A stretch of DNA of 64,000 nt from NCBI GenBank assembly GCA_951406725.2, contig OX597817.1, positions 56,296,001 to 56,360,000 of the forward strand, given 5' to 3'. The position numbers and the translations under genes are program-made. The stretch is from Octopus vulgaris (taxonomy: Eukaryota). The notes below the pieces were generated by a model, which was not told the DNA's origin, did no database searches, and saw only the letters and a list, made by a program, of their open reading frames with translations. Below, piece after piece: positions 1-12,094 of this stretch (position 1 is its first letter; the number at the start of each line of letters is the position of its first letter).

Positions 1-74
1 TTTCTAATCTATGCGTTTGTTTGTGCGCATGTGTGTAGTTGTACGTGAAATCTACGGGAATTCTAATGCGAAGA

Positions 75-128
<54 letters not shown>

Positions 129-129
<1 letters not shown>

Positions 130-607
130 ATATTTCGGAATGGTCATTTTGCCAGTTTAGCCAATAAAAACACACGCACTATATATTCGGTGTTATTTTG
201 CTTCAGTGTTATTTATTTTTACATTAGTCTTAATCTTATTTCGGCCAGAGTCCTTTCGTCACACTCCTGTGACCGCATCAGTGATCCTTTGTTTTCTTCT
301 TTCTTATTTGTGTCTCTCCTTACTAACCGTCAGCCATTTTGTATTTCTATTGTATGTCTTCATTTGCGCATGCTTATATCTCTATGTGCGTCTATGTTTA
401 TTTAGTGTGTGTATGTGGGGGGATGCCTGTAATATTTGTATCTTCTGTTTATATACGTTCATGTAATTTGTATTTTGTTTTTGTTGTTGTTGTTTTTGCT
501 TATTCTTATTTTGTTCATGTGTTTACATCCACTTATTATTATCATTACATATACTTGTATGCATGTATGTATAACAACAATACTAGTAAAAATAATAAAT
601 CGAATCG

Positions 608-608
<1 letters not shown>
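129..608 (-). mobile_element. Probable continuation of the same PLE (3' UTR/pLTR) with a degenerate hammerhead-like motif
   Basis: Same strand bias as 3712-3800. Minus strand 241-281 reads CTGATG-CG-GTCACA-ggag-TGTGAC-GAAA (core-like bases with a perfect stem II). Stems I and III are not intact. Confidence 0.45.
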
Positions 609-643
<35 letters not shown>

Positions 644-651
<8 letters not shown>

Positions 652-3600
652 TTCTACTGAATGTAGGAGAGCTGCTGCGCGGAAACTGTAAAAAGAAAAT
701 TTCATTCCTGAGAGACCTTGTGACATGCAATCAAGCTATATGCATGGCACTCACAGAAACGCATCTTGAACCCGATATAGGTGATGCAGAAATACACATG
801 CCGCAATATGCAGTCATACGCACAGATAGAAAAGGGAGGAGCCATGGTGGAGTTGCAATGTACATCCGAGATGACCTCACGCCCCAGGTCCTGCTGTCAT
901 ATTCAAACTCAGTATGTGAAACTCAAATTGTACACATAAGACAACTGAATATCGTCATATGCACTACATATCGCCCACCAGATGCCCCAAAACACTCAGG
1001 CATGTTTGAAGACTGCCTAACAAAAATAGGAGAAGTCCTCACCAACCTTGAACAGCACAACAGTGTATTCTTCATGGGTGACTTTAACCTCCCCAATGTG
1101 GAATGGCCTGGGGGGCAGATGCTCCCAGGGATGACACACCATCAGCAGGCACAGGTGGAGTCCCTGCTCCATCTCACAAATGCCTCTTTCATGGAGCAAA
1201 TAGTTCTGCAACCAACAAGGGCAGATAATATACTGGATCTCTGCTTCACAAACAATATAGATATTATCCATAATGTTAATGTGATGCCGACAATGATCTC
1301 GGATCACAACATAATAGAGCTGTCTATGTATGGAACAAAAGCCCCCGCAGACACACAGCCTATACGAAGCACCCACCATCTCTCCAACTTAAACTTTCAT
1401 AAAGCCAACTGGAAGTCGATTGAGAAAGAGATCCTCAAATAGGATTGGCCTGAATGTCTCTCCACACCGGACATAAACATGAAACACAAACACTTCATGT
1501 CCATAATACAAGCCATATGTGACAAATATGTCCCAATGTGCAGGGCCAGCACACACAAGAACAAAAACAGGATCCCTAGAGAAAGGGGGATTCTTATGAG
1601 ACGACGGACAAGGATTGCAAACCGCCTGAGCAAGCACACCAAAAGTGGTGAGAAGTCTCGGCTCGAAAGAATGCTAATGGAAACTGAGAAAAGTCTACAT
1701 CAGTCCCATGAAAAGGAGAGAGCAGATAAAGAAGCTTGGGTAATAGAAAATATAAAATCAAACCCTAAAGCTTTCTTTAAGTTTGCCAAAGAGACAGCCA
1801 CAGTGCACCAGAGAATAGGACCTCTCTTCCAAAAAGATGGCTCTCTCACAGGAAATCCCACGAGGATAAGTGAAATGCTGAACGAACAGTTCCAAAGTGT
1901 GTTCACTACACCTCTAGGACACAGGCAAGTAAACAACCCAGAAGAATTCTTTGCCACTTTACCAGCGGCCAAAGAGACAAAAATTGAGTACATCAACATC
2001 GAAGAAGATGATATCACACTAGCCATTGATGAGATTGACACAAACTCAGCTGCTGGACCTGATGAATTCCCAGCGATCCTTCTCAAATCGTGTAAACGAG
2101 CCCTTGCAAAACCGCTACAGCTTCTTTTTCAGAACTTTCTTGCAAGTGGTAAGCTCCCAGTCAAACTGAAAGAGGGGGTAATATGCCCTATCCATAAGGG
2201 AGGTAGCAGAGCAGATGCTAAAAATTATAGGCCTATCTCTCTGACCTCACACATCAGCAAAAGTCATGGAACGAATAGTCCGTAAGAAACTAATCATGTT
2301 CCTTGAAGAAAATGACTTACTGTCTGACACCCAGCATGGATTTCGACCAGGTAGAGGCTGCCTAACACAGCTCCTGCAACACTATGACTGGGTGTTGAAA
2401 CAGCTACTAAATGGCTCAAATGTGGATGTAATATATCTTGACTTTGCAAAAGCCTTTGATAAAGTCGACCATGGTATGATCTGTCACAAACTGCGTGGTC
2501 TCGGCATAGGCGGGAAACTTGGAGAGTGGCTGCACAACTTCCTAAAAGACAGAAAACAGGCAGTTGTGAGCAATGGAGCCACCTCCAAGGAAACGCAAAT
2601 AACAAGCGGTGTCCCACAGGGCACTGTCTTGGGGCCACTGATGTTCATAGTGGCCCTTTCAGACATGCCTTCAGTTGCTACGATGACCACCCTTGCTAGC
2701 TATGCAGATGACACAAAAGTCTCCCACGCAATACAAAACCCTGAAAATATTGCGCATCTGCAACATGAGCTGGACACAATATACAGGTGGGCTGAGGACA
2801 ACAACATGCAGTTTAATGCAGGTAAGTTCCAGGCCCTGCGCTACTGGCACACAAAGGTAAATGACGTGAAGACTGGATACACTGGCCCAGGAAGAATTGC
2901 AATCCCTGAGTCAAAATCAGTGCGTGACCTGGGCATTGACATGAGCAATGATGCATCTTTCCAAATGCATATTGCTAATCTGGTGATAAAATGCAGACGG
3001 CTAGCTGGATGGATTCTCCGAACTTTCAGAACAAGAGAGAAGGAGACACTGATGGTCCTATGGAAAACATTCGTCCTCAGCCGCTTGGACTACTGCTCCC
3101 AACTTTGGTCACCACACAATATAAAACAAACAGCAGAACTCGAAGCAACTCAGAGAAGCTACACAAAGAAAATCGTCTCAATGCAAAATGTCAGCTACTG
3201 GGAAAGACTGAAGGTATTAAACCTCTTCTCCCTGGAGCGGAGGCGGGAGAGATATGCAGTGATATACATCTGGAAAATCCTGGAGGGTCTTGTCCCAAAC
3301 TTTGGCATTCAAAGTTACTCCAACCGCAGAACGGGGCGCCGCTGCGTGGTGCCAAGGATTCCAACATCACCATCAAAATACAGGTCCAGATACTGCAACA
3401 GCTTGGGTTTCAGAGGACCACAGCTCTTTAACATCCTCCCTAAATGCCTGAGAGACTTACATGGTGTGGATGTGGGTTTCTTTAAAACTAAACTGGATCT
3501 CTTCTTGTTGGGAGTCCCAGATGAACCTACCTCACGACAGGAGACACGGATGCGGGCTGCAGCATCGAACTCCCTTGTTGATCAAGTGCCACGTATCAGA

Positions 3601-3694
3601 GGTGGATTCACAAACTAGTGTAGCTCATTCAGCGGTGGTGCCCCAGCATGGCCGCGGCCTTCGGGCTAAAATATTTTTAAGGATTTAAGGATTT
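644..3694 (+). mobile_element. 5'-truncated non-LTR retrotransposon (CR1/L2 group LINE); APE endonuclease plus reverse transcriptase ORF2 with two lesions
   Basis: EN motifs ALTETHL, GGVAMYI, YRPP, MGDFN, LDLCF, SDHN. RT motifs NYRPISLTS, QHGFR, YLDFAKAFDKV, SGVPQGTVLGP, YADD (2701-2712), C-terminal SLERRR. In-frame TAG at 1440-1442 and a +1 A frameshift near 2260. 3' tail (TAAGGATT)2 at about 3678-3694. (TA)n on both flanks. Confidence 0.95.
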
Positions 3695-3711
3695 ATATAT
3701 ATATATATATA

Positions 3712-4016
3712 GTTATTTATTTCTATTTGTTTATTTATCTGTGTATTTATTATGTTTTCGGGGTCCTCTATCGTCATATGTTGTGGTGTGTGCTAGTGCT
3801 TCATTCTAGTTTTCTATTCAGGCTAGGTTTATTTTCTATTATGTGTGTAGCTTCTGTAATTTGTCTGATTGTTGCATCTGTTCTATGCGTGGACAATATT
3901 TTAATTTCTATATTGTTGATTGATCCCCCGTGTTCCTGTTCGGCGTGTTGGTACAGAATCGATGAGCTTTTACCTTCCTTGAGTTGTCTCCAATGTTCAT
4001 TTACCCGCTTATGTAC
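3712..4016 (-). mobile_element. Penelope-like element 3' fragment (C-terminal part of GIY-YIG endonuclease plus 3' UTR)
   Basis: Minus-strand translation [30 protein letters not shown]...[32 protein letters not shown] matches the PLE GIY-YIG C-terminus pattern (R..EH, S.L..H....H, R...EA..I...P.LN). Confidence 0.8.
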
Positions 4017-4017
4017 G

Positions 4018-4053
<36 letters not shown>

Positions 4054-4074
4054 TATATATGCATATATATATGT

Positions 4075-4155
<81 letters not shown>

Positions 4156-4799
4156 TATGTGTATACATATGTGTGTGTGTGTGTATACATATGTGTGTGT
4201 GTGTCTGTGTGTTTATTATTGAGTGAGATATCAGCGCATGCCAATACTGGTGTACAAATATACGATGCCCAATATACCCATCATGACTGCCCGTCTGATA
4301 AGAGTACACAAGGCACATGCATCACAAACATATATTTACGCGACTTGTTGGTCTCATCTCGATATAAACAGAGCATGATCTTGCGGGTGGGACCAAGTTA
4401 GAATTGTCTTCGAGTAGTCCATACCGCCCAAAACGTCTCAAGATAAAGGTTGTTTAAGAATGATGAAGCAAACATCCATGTTTCCAAAGGTAGATTAATC
4501 AAATCCCAAATAATTCCCCTCAGCACATGGCTATGATGCTTCACCTCTACTCACGTTCGTGATCAGAAATGCATATATCGCCAGTCACATGCTCAACCAG
4601 GTATGGTTTAAGCTGCTGACAAGCAAATCTGTGGTAGTGAACAGAATATTTACTGTAACCCATATTTTACACCATGACAGAACTTGTACATGATAATACT
4701 TCCAATCATTTAAGATAAGAAGTCGTGAGAACCAGTGATAGGACTTCATACGTATGTATGTATTTATGTATGTATGCTTGCATATATATATATATATGT

Positions 4800-5292
4800 T
4801 TGTGACAGACCATGCCTTTCTTTTGCCTTCGTCGTCTTCTAAACCTGTCAAGATAATGGATATTTCTAGCGGCACATTCAGCACCCTAATCTTGGCAAGA
4901 CGTTGGCCGCGATAGCTGGGGATTAAGAAAAAGTTGTCATTCTTCAAAGTGGTTGAGGATTTATATCTATCCTCTTCTTCCGTCCCAAATCTCACCTCCA
5001 TGGTCCCAAAATTCTTTCCTCGAGTGATGTACGTCTTTTATTCCCAGACGTGCTTAAGGCATTTTACACTTCGCTCTCGGGATCATTGTCCACCCACCGA
5101 GACTTGACTACGATACAACGGTATGTGACCATGCATCTTGCGATATTTTCTATCACGTCCGATGGAGGGTTAGAACCACCCTTCTCCCATCTCCTTTAAC
5201 AAATTTTCTAGCAAATTTTAATTCTTCTTCATCTATGTGGAAGGACTCCATATTCTTGCCGCTGACGAGCCCCAAAAGGGGATGACAAGAAA
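4800..5292 (-). mobile_element. L1/Tx1 ORF1 5' fragment (degenerate)
   Basis: LIPSYRGQRLAKIRVLNVPLEI resembles MIPYYKGQRVSKITIKNVPTDI in ORF1 of the element at 19933-20997. Confidence 0.65.
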
Positions 5293-5850
5293 AGTTGACT
5301 TTGGCGGATGTTGTACTCAGAACATAAAGACGGAAGAAATGCCGGTGATCATTTTCGCCCGGCGTGCTAACGATTCTGCAAGCTCGCCGCCCGAAAACAC
5401 TTAAATATTCTTTTTTACCCGAGGCACAAGGCCCGAAATTTTGTGGGAAGGGGGCCAGTCAATTAGATTGACCCCAGTACGCAACTGGTACTTAATTTAT
5501 CGACCGCAAAATGATGAAAGGTGAAGTCGTGCTCGTCGGAATTTGAACTCAGAATGTAAAGACACGAAATACCACTGAGCATTTTCGCCCGGCGTGCTAA
5601 CGTTTCTTCCAGCTCGCTGCCCGAAGACACTTAAATATTCGTTTTTACTCTAGGCACAAGGCCCGAAATTTTGTGGGAAGATCGACCCCAGTACACAACT
5701 GGTATTTAATTTATCGACTCCGAAAAGATGAAAGGCGAAATCGACCTCGGCGGGATATGAACTCAGAACGTAGCGGCAGACGAAATACCGCTGAGCATTT
5801 TCGCTCGGAGTGCTAACGTTTCTGCCAGCTCGCCACCCAAAAACACTTCA
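5293..5850 (-). mobile_element. Tandem array of three copies of tRNA-derived SINE family B (one partial)
   Basis: Three repeats (reverse complement) of GGCGAGCTGGCAGAA.CGTTAGCAC.CCG.GCGAAAATG...TTCTGAGTTCAAATTCCG with A/B-box-like motifs, each with the same AACACTTAAATATT-like spacer. Confidence 0.85.
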
Positions 5851-6407
5851 ATATTGCCACAGCGATACCTACACCAAAGGCCTAACAGCCCACACAACCG
5901 GTACCAAGAAACTGAGAGCAGACAACTGAAAAATACCATACAACAATGCTCAACACACACAACAAAAAGACAAAACAACAACACATGTAACAAACCACCT
6001 CCATTGCTATCGTTACAACATCAATAACAACAATAGCACCAACTATTTAACCAACCCACTAACATCACGGCAAAACATTTCGCTACATCCATCAACGTTT
6101 CAAACCTATCTCTTCTGCTGCAACACTTTGTTACGCCACAGTTGCCATAGCAACATATCATCTGATTATTGATCTCTATATTGCTACTTATTCCCTCCAT
6201 CTTGTTTTGTATTCTTTGTTGTTTTTTGTTTGTTTGTTTTTTCCTGGTGTATTCTGTCATTTTAGATTTCAACTTCCGTTCGCAACATTTTTCTTCCTTT
6301 TTCCATCTCCATTTATCTCTTTGCCACTTTCTTATCTATTCATTTATCTACACAGTTTCTCCTTTTCTGTACGTATATCATCAGCCGATGTATGTTTGTA
6401 TACATAC

Positions 6408-6570
<163 letters not shown>

Positions 6571-6843
6571 TCATATGTAATTCCGTACATAATATATTAT
6601 ATGGTCGTAGGTAGTTAGAGAGGGGCATAAATATATGTATTGTGTGTGTGTGTGTATGTATAAGTATATGTATGCACATATACGCAATATATTAAAAATA
6701 TATATATATTATCTATATCAAATGCAACTGCATATATAACCATATTATATTCCTACATATATGGATATATATATATATATATATACATACATACATGTAC
6801 TCATATGTATATATGTATACGTATATTTATATGTAGGCATATG

Positions 6844-6874
<31 letters not shown>

Positions 6875-6891
6875 TTGTATTTGTGTATGCG

Positions 6892-6928
<37 letters not shown>

Positions 6929-7183
6929 GAAACAGTATATGTGTAGGCGTCCTATTCGTTTGGCGGGCGTATAAACTGGATATGCCCATTTCTTTATCTT
7001 AGAGCTTCCCTCTTCTGGATTAATGTCTATGAAAAGGAATGGGCAAGGAATTCTTTATGAGCAAATCTGTGGAACTATTACATAACATTACTGCAGGATT
7101 ATATATGCATATACATACATGCATTTATATATAAAGAGAGTGAGAGAAGGAGAGAGATGTGATTATATACAAGTACATCTATT

Positions 7184-7231
<48 letters not shown>

Positions 7232-7639
7232 TATATACACACACATTCAATAATAAAAGGGAAATGGAGAGTTCGAATTAACATATGTTAATTTATTAAC
7301 ATAATATATTATTATTACAATGATATAGAAATAATAAAATAAATACAAATACAATCCCTGTAATTCTTTTCGATTCAGACTAAAACCTCCAAAACAAATT
7401 CATAAATTTCACATTACAAATATATTTTGGGGTAATAATCTCATTCGAGTAATGGACAAAGATCGCATCTGAGAAGTTTAAAATCGCAAAACTGACTGAA
7501 CCTTCTGTCTTCCTATTATTATTATATACTGGGAGTATATACCCATTTATATTGGAGAAATTTTTCTAATAAATATACATTGGGTATTGATCGCTATGAC
7601 AGGAGCTTATTTCCTTGCATATATATATATATATATATA

Positions 7640-8130
7640 TATAATTAATAAATAAAATATATGCATACATACATATATGTACGTACCTACATCTACATGT
7701 TTATATACATGCATATATAAATATATATATATATACGTGAGTACAGGACACCACAAATAGACGTAGAACTCAACGAGAAACGAAAACGTAAAAACAAACA
7801 TGGAAACGGACTTTTTTAACAACGAAAAAACAGAGTACAAGACAAACAACACAAGGAAAAATCCCCTTCATCAGCTGTCCCTTGTTCGACTTCATGCGTG
7901 TTTCGAAGGTAAGGACAGAACACGACTCGTCGAATTAGCCCTTCCTGCGAAAGAATTAAATAAAATTCCTTTGCAGAGGGGCAAAAACAAGGAAAGAAAA
8001 AAATGTGACAAAAACAGGACGTAAATACGATACAAATAAAAAACAAATACAAAATAAAAATACAAATACAAAAATTACAGTACAAGTAAAGAATAAAAAC
8101 AGGACAAGGAAACAAACATTGAGAGCCTTT
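7640..8130 (-). mobile_element. Non-autonomous PLE-like/unclassified repeat carrying a rearranged hammerhead; partial second copy at about 45105-45300 (+)
   Basis: The reverse complement of 7640-7830 aligns by eye with 45105-45300 (GTTTTCGTTTCTC..GGTGTCCTGTACTCA..CATGTAGA.GTAGGTACGTACATATATG). Flanked by microsatellites. Confidence 0.6.
7863..7934 (-). ncRNA. Putative non-circularly permuted (pseudoknotted) hammerhead ribozyme
   Basis: Minus strand: TTCGAC gagt CGTG-T-T|CTGTCCTT a CCTTC-GAAA-CACG catgaa GTCGAA ca AGGGACAG-CTGATGA-A-GGGG. Core is intact; stem I 8 bp, stem III 5 bp plus a 6-bp extension; stem II weak. Confidence 0.6.
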
Positions 8131-8767
8131 TTTATATATACACACGCACACATACATATATATACAAAATTGAGAGGTATGACCACTAAAGTGGATACCA
8201 TATATGCTAAACATAGATTTTGTATGCAACAAAAATTTTAATCTTCGGATTTTTTAAATATGTTAAGCCACTGGTTTTAATTGTTTAATATCAATTTTTA
8301 CCTTTATTAATTACTTTTATATACATATATACATGCATATATATATGCATATATATATTATATATTTGGGTTATTGTGGTTGTCAGCGAGAAGACATAAG
8401 GAAAAGCGATCGTTTACATTAAAGGACTTGTTAATCTATTTACACAATCACGAAAATACACGCACTCATAGTTGCACATAGATACAACACACATATGTAT
8501 AAGCGTATATGTATAAACACACACACACACACACACACATACATACACACATACGCACGCATACATGTATGTGTGGTTTACTGTTCCGTTGTGGTATGAT
8601 CAACAAAAGAAGAAGTCCGTCCAGTGAGAGAAAATATCATTTAATGTATAGAGTATAAAGACAGGAGACACACGAAGACGAAAACACACACAATCGCACA
8701 CACATATCGTTTTATTCGTTTGAAACCCTCTAAGACACATGACAAGAAGTATACACATTATACATAC

Positions 8768-8867
<100 letters not shown>

Positions 8868-9470
8868 TGTATCCACTTTAATATATGAAATGTGAGAGGA
8901 ATTCCTATAGTGATGCAAGTGGGGCGTAGCTATCTTTGAGGCAGTGGAAGTGAGAGGGAGGGAAGTAGTGGTGATGAAGCTGTTAGTGATAGTGGTTGTG
9001 GTGTTAGCGGCTGTGGTGGCAGTGGTGGTGGTGGTTATAGTGTTGACGTTGATAGTCGTGGTGGTTGTAGCAATAGGTGTGATGGTGGGTATGGTGGTGG
9101 TGGCTGTTGTGGTGGTGGTGGTAGTGGTGGTGGTGGTGGTGGTGGTGGTGATGTTCTTGACGATGGTTTTGGAAATTTTCTAAGCATTTGTGTTGGTCAC
9201 TATGTGAACTGAGCGTAGATGATTTTATTCTAAACCATTCTCAGGAATATTTCTTGTGATTTCAAAATTTCCACTCCTTATGCGAGGGAACATGTCGAAT
9301 AATGATATAACACACAAACATACACACACACATACACACACACACATACACGTTCACACAGACTGTGTACGCGCATGCATATATGTATGTGCATGTATGT
9401 ATATATACATGCATTCATGTATGTGTATGTGCGAGTATAACATAACTTCAGGAAGTTATGTTATACACAT

Positions 9471-9629
9471 AGGAGCAGGCGTGACAGTGTGGCAAGCTTC
9501 TTGTCACACAGCCACGGATTCAGTTCCATTGTGTAGTACCTTGAGCAAGTATCTTCTATAACCTCGGGCCGACCAAAGCTCCGTGAGTACATTTAGTAGA
9601 CGGAAACTGAAAGCCCATCGTATATATGT

Positions 9630-9684
<55 letters not shown>

Positions 9685-9890
9685 ATTTCTGTGTGTCTGT
9701 GTTTATCCACCCACATCTCTTGGGAACCGACGTTGGTGTATTTACGTCCCTGTAAAATAGCTGTTCGGCAAAAGAGACCGATAGAATAAGTGCTAGGCTT
9801 ACAAGGAATAAGTCCTGAGTTCGAGTTGTTCGACTAAAGGTGGTACTCCAACATGTCCACAGTCAAATGACTGAAACAAATGAAAGAAAA
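9471..9890 (+). mobile_element. tRNA-derived SINE family A (internal microsatellite, LINE-like 3' tail)
   Basis: Head GGAGCAGGCGTG..GTGTGG..GGATTCAGTTCC, body CTCGGGCCGACCAAAGC..GTAGACGGAAACTGAAAG, tail TAAAGGTGGTACTCCAACATG..CAGTCAAATGACTGAAAC. Many homologous copies in the window. Confidence 0.88.
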
Positions 9891-9899
9891 AAAATTGAT

Positions 9900-10100
9900 T
9901 TCAAATTTAACACAAAGTTAACAATTTCTGGGAAGGGGATTACATTGACCCTAGAATTTAACTTGTGCTTATCTTATCGGCTCCAAAAAGATGAAAGGGC
10001 AAATCAACATCGGTGAAAATTGAACTCAGAATATAATGACAGGCATAATTCCGTTAATTATCTTGCCCGACGTGCTAACGATTCGGCCAGTTTGCCGCCT
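9900..10100 (-). mobile_element. SINE family B copy (diverged)
   Basis: Homologous to the 5405-5840 units (TTGAACTCAGAA, CGTGCTAACGATTC.GCCAG.T.GCCGCC). Confidence 0.75.
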
Positions 10101-10295
10101 TCCTCTATGTCCACATATCGACACTTATTCATCGTGTTTGCTGCTCCAAACATACATACGTGAAAATGCATGCGCGTGCGAGTGAACGGTGTACGGTGGA
10201 GGAGGATTGCTGTTACCCCTTGATTCAGACGAGATTTCATAAATTAATATTAATTTATTTATCTAATTAATTATTTTATTATTGTTGTTATGTTT

Positions 10296-10398
10296 AACCT
10301 GAAGAGTGGCTATATTTATATTGAACTGATTTTATTACTACTACTATTATTTTTACTATTATCATTTCTTAAATATAGCCACGAAACGCGTGTCATTA
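10296..10398 (+). ncRNA. Type I hammerhead motif with long stem II and large AT-rich loop (PLE-type)
   Basis: CTGAAGA (10299-10305), GTGGCTATATTTA/TAAATATAGCCAC 13-bp stem II, GAAAC-GCGT-GTC (predicted cut after 10394). Stem I is short with a mismatch at the first pair. Confidence 0.75.
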
Positions 10399-10648
10399 TT
10401 CTACTAAATAGATACGTTTTATTTATTATTTTGCACATTACTTAATCATCGTTATATGTTTTATCTTATATCTAATCTTTCTATAATATCTAACTTTTTA
10501 GATGGCATAATTTTATTGTTCATTTTTGAATTGATAAAGTGTGTTTTTTTTTCTAATTCATATATATATATTATATTTTATGAAATTTGATTTATTATTT
10601 CTACACTGAATTATTCCCTGTAAATTTGGAATAATATTTCCTCATATA

Positions 10649-10755
<107 letters not shown>

Positions 10756-10774
10756 CATATTTATACATATACTG

Positions 10775-10955
10775 GACCGCTGAAATCTACAAGTTTTTTT
10801 CATTCTCTCTCTGTTTATTTTCTCTTATTCCTTTCAGTTGAAGAGCGTAGGCTCGAAACGTAAAAGTCTTTTTCATTTTCCCCGTCAAACTAATACCTTG
10901 CTTGTTGTTAATACATCTGTCTTTGTCTATTGTTTTTCTATAAATTTCAACTATA
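10775..10955 (+). mobile_element. Short repeat family C with a variant minimal hammerhead (other copies 37862-38015 minus, 41335-41500 plus)
   Basis: All three copies share CTTT-C(T/A)GT(T/A)GA-A-GAGC-GTA(G/C)-G(C/T)TC-GAAAC and end in AAATT(T/C)CAACTATAT next to (TA)n. Confidence 0.7.
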
Positions 10956-10994
10956 TATACATATGTGTGTGTGTACGTATGTATGTATGTATGT

Positions 10995-11102
<108 letters not shown>

Positions 11103-11444
11103 ATAGAGATAGTAACGTTAGACATAAGCCTTCATATATGACTAATAAGAATGTTATAATGCATGGGTTATGCATACACATGTACATATAGATATATACA
11201 TTGTAGTGTATATCCATGAATAACAACGATGAGAGCTGAAGTTGATTCAATATGGAGAAATTTTTTAAAGTGGGAAGTGAGTTGATTAATAGTAGGAGTC
11301 TCGTAGTGCATGGACTTTGTTTCTGATGGAACAGTATCTGAATTGTTACGTAGGTCCGTTTGTAAGGTTATAAAGTTTATAATATAAATTTATTATTCAC
11401 TTGTTTTGTTCAGAAGATGTATGCCTGATAGTAGGAAATGGGCT

Positions 11445-11565
11445 GCCTGGTACTTATTCTATCAGTCTCTTTTAGCCGAACCGCTAAGTTTACGGGGACA
11501 AAAACACCCCAACACCGGTTCTCTAGCAGTGGTAGGAAAAAAACAGGGGCAAACACACACACACA
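11445..11565 (-). mobile_element. SINE family A internal fragment
   Basis: GTACTTATTCTATC.GTCTCTTT..GCCGAACCGCTAAGTT.ACGGGGAC matches the copy at 55968-56040. Confidence 0.75.
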
Positions 11566-11673
11566 CATACCCGTACTCGTATATTGCCTACTTCTGACAC
11601 AAACGCGGTACATCACTCGCGGAGTACATACGGAAGTTGAAAAAACTGAACACCGAAAACTCACTCAAAACGC

Positions 11674-11709
<36 letters not shown>

Positions 11710-12040
11710 AGAGAAAGAGAGAAATAGTGATACTTACACGAATACACACAAACACACACACATATGCGTGTGTGTCAGCGCGCGCGGTCATGAGGAGAGA
11801 CATATACAAAACAGGATTGGTACATCATTTCGTTACGTGAACTATAAATTAAATGTAAGCGTACACGCATTGCCAAATTATACACGGAAATTTTACACAC
11901 CCAAATGCACATACAAACATACTCTTACACATAAACAAATACACACACACACACATACAAATTCACACGATATGCAAACAGATATTAATATATATATGCA
12001 TACATATGCATATCCATATACATATATATGAATATATATA

Positions 12041-12094
<54 letters not shown>

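Noticed and set aside
339-643. N-terminal extension of the 367-aa ORF
   Set aside because: Read-through of flanking T-rich sequence and (TA)n; LINE homology starts at about 650.
5262-5290. CTGACGA-GCCCC-AAAA-GGGG hairpin resembling an HHR 5' half
   Set aside because: No GAAA or stem III follows; it lies at the 5' end of the Tx1 ORF1 fragment.
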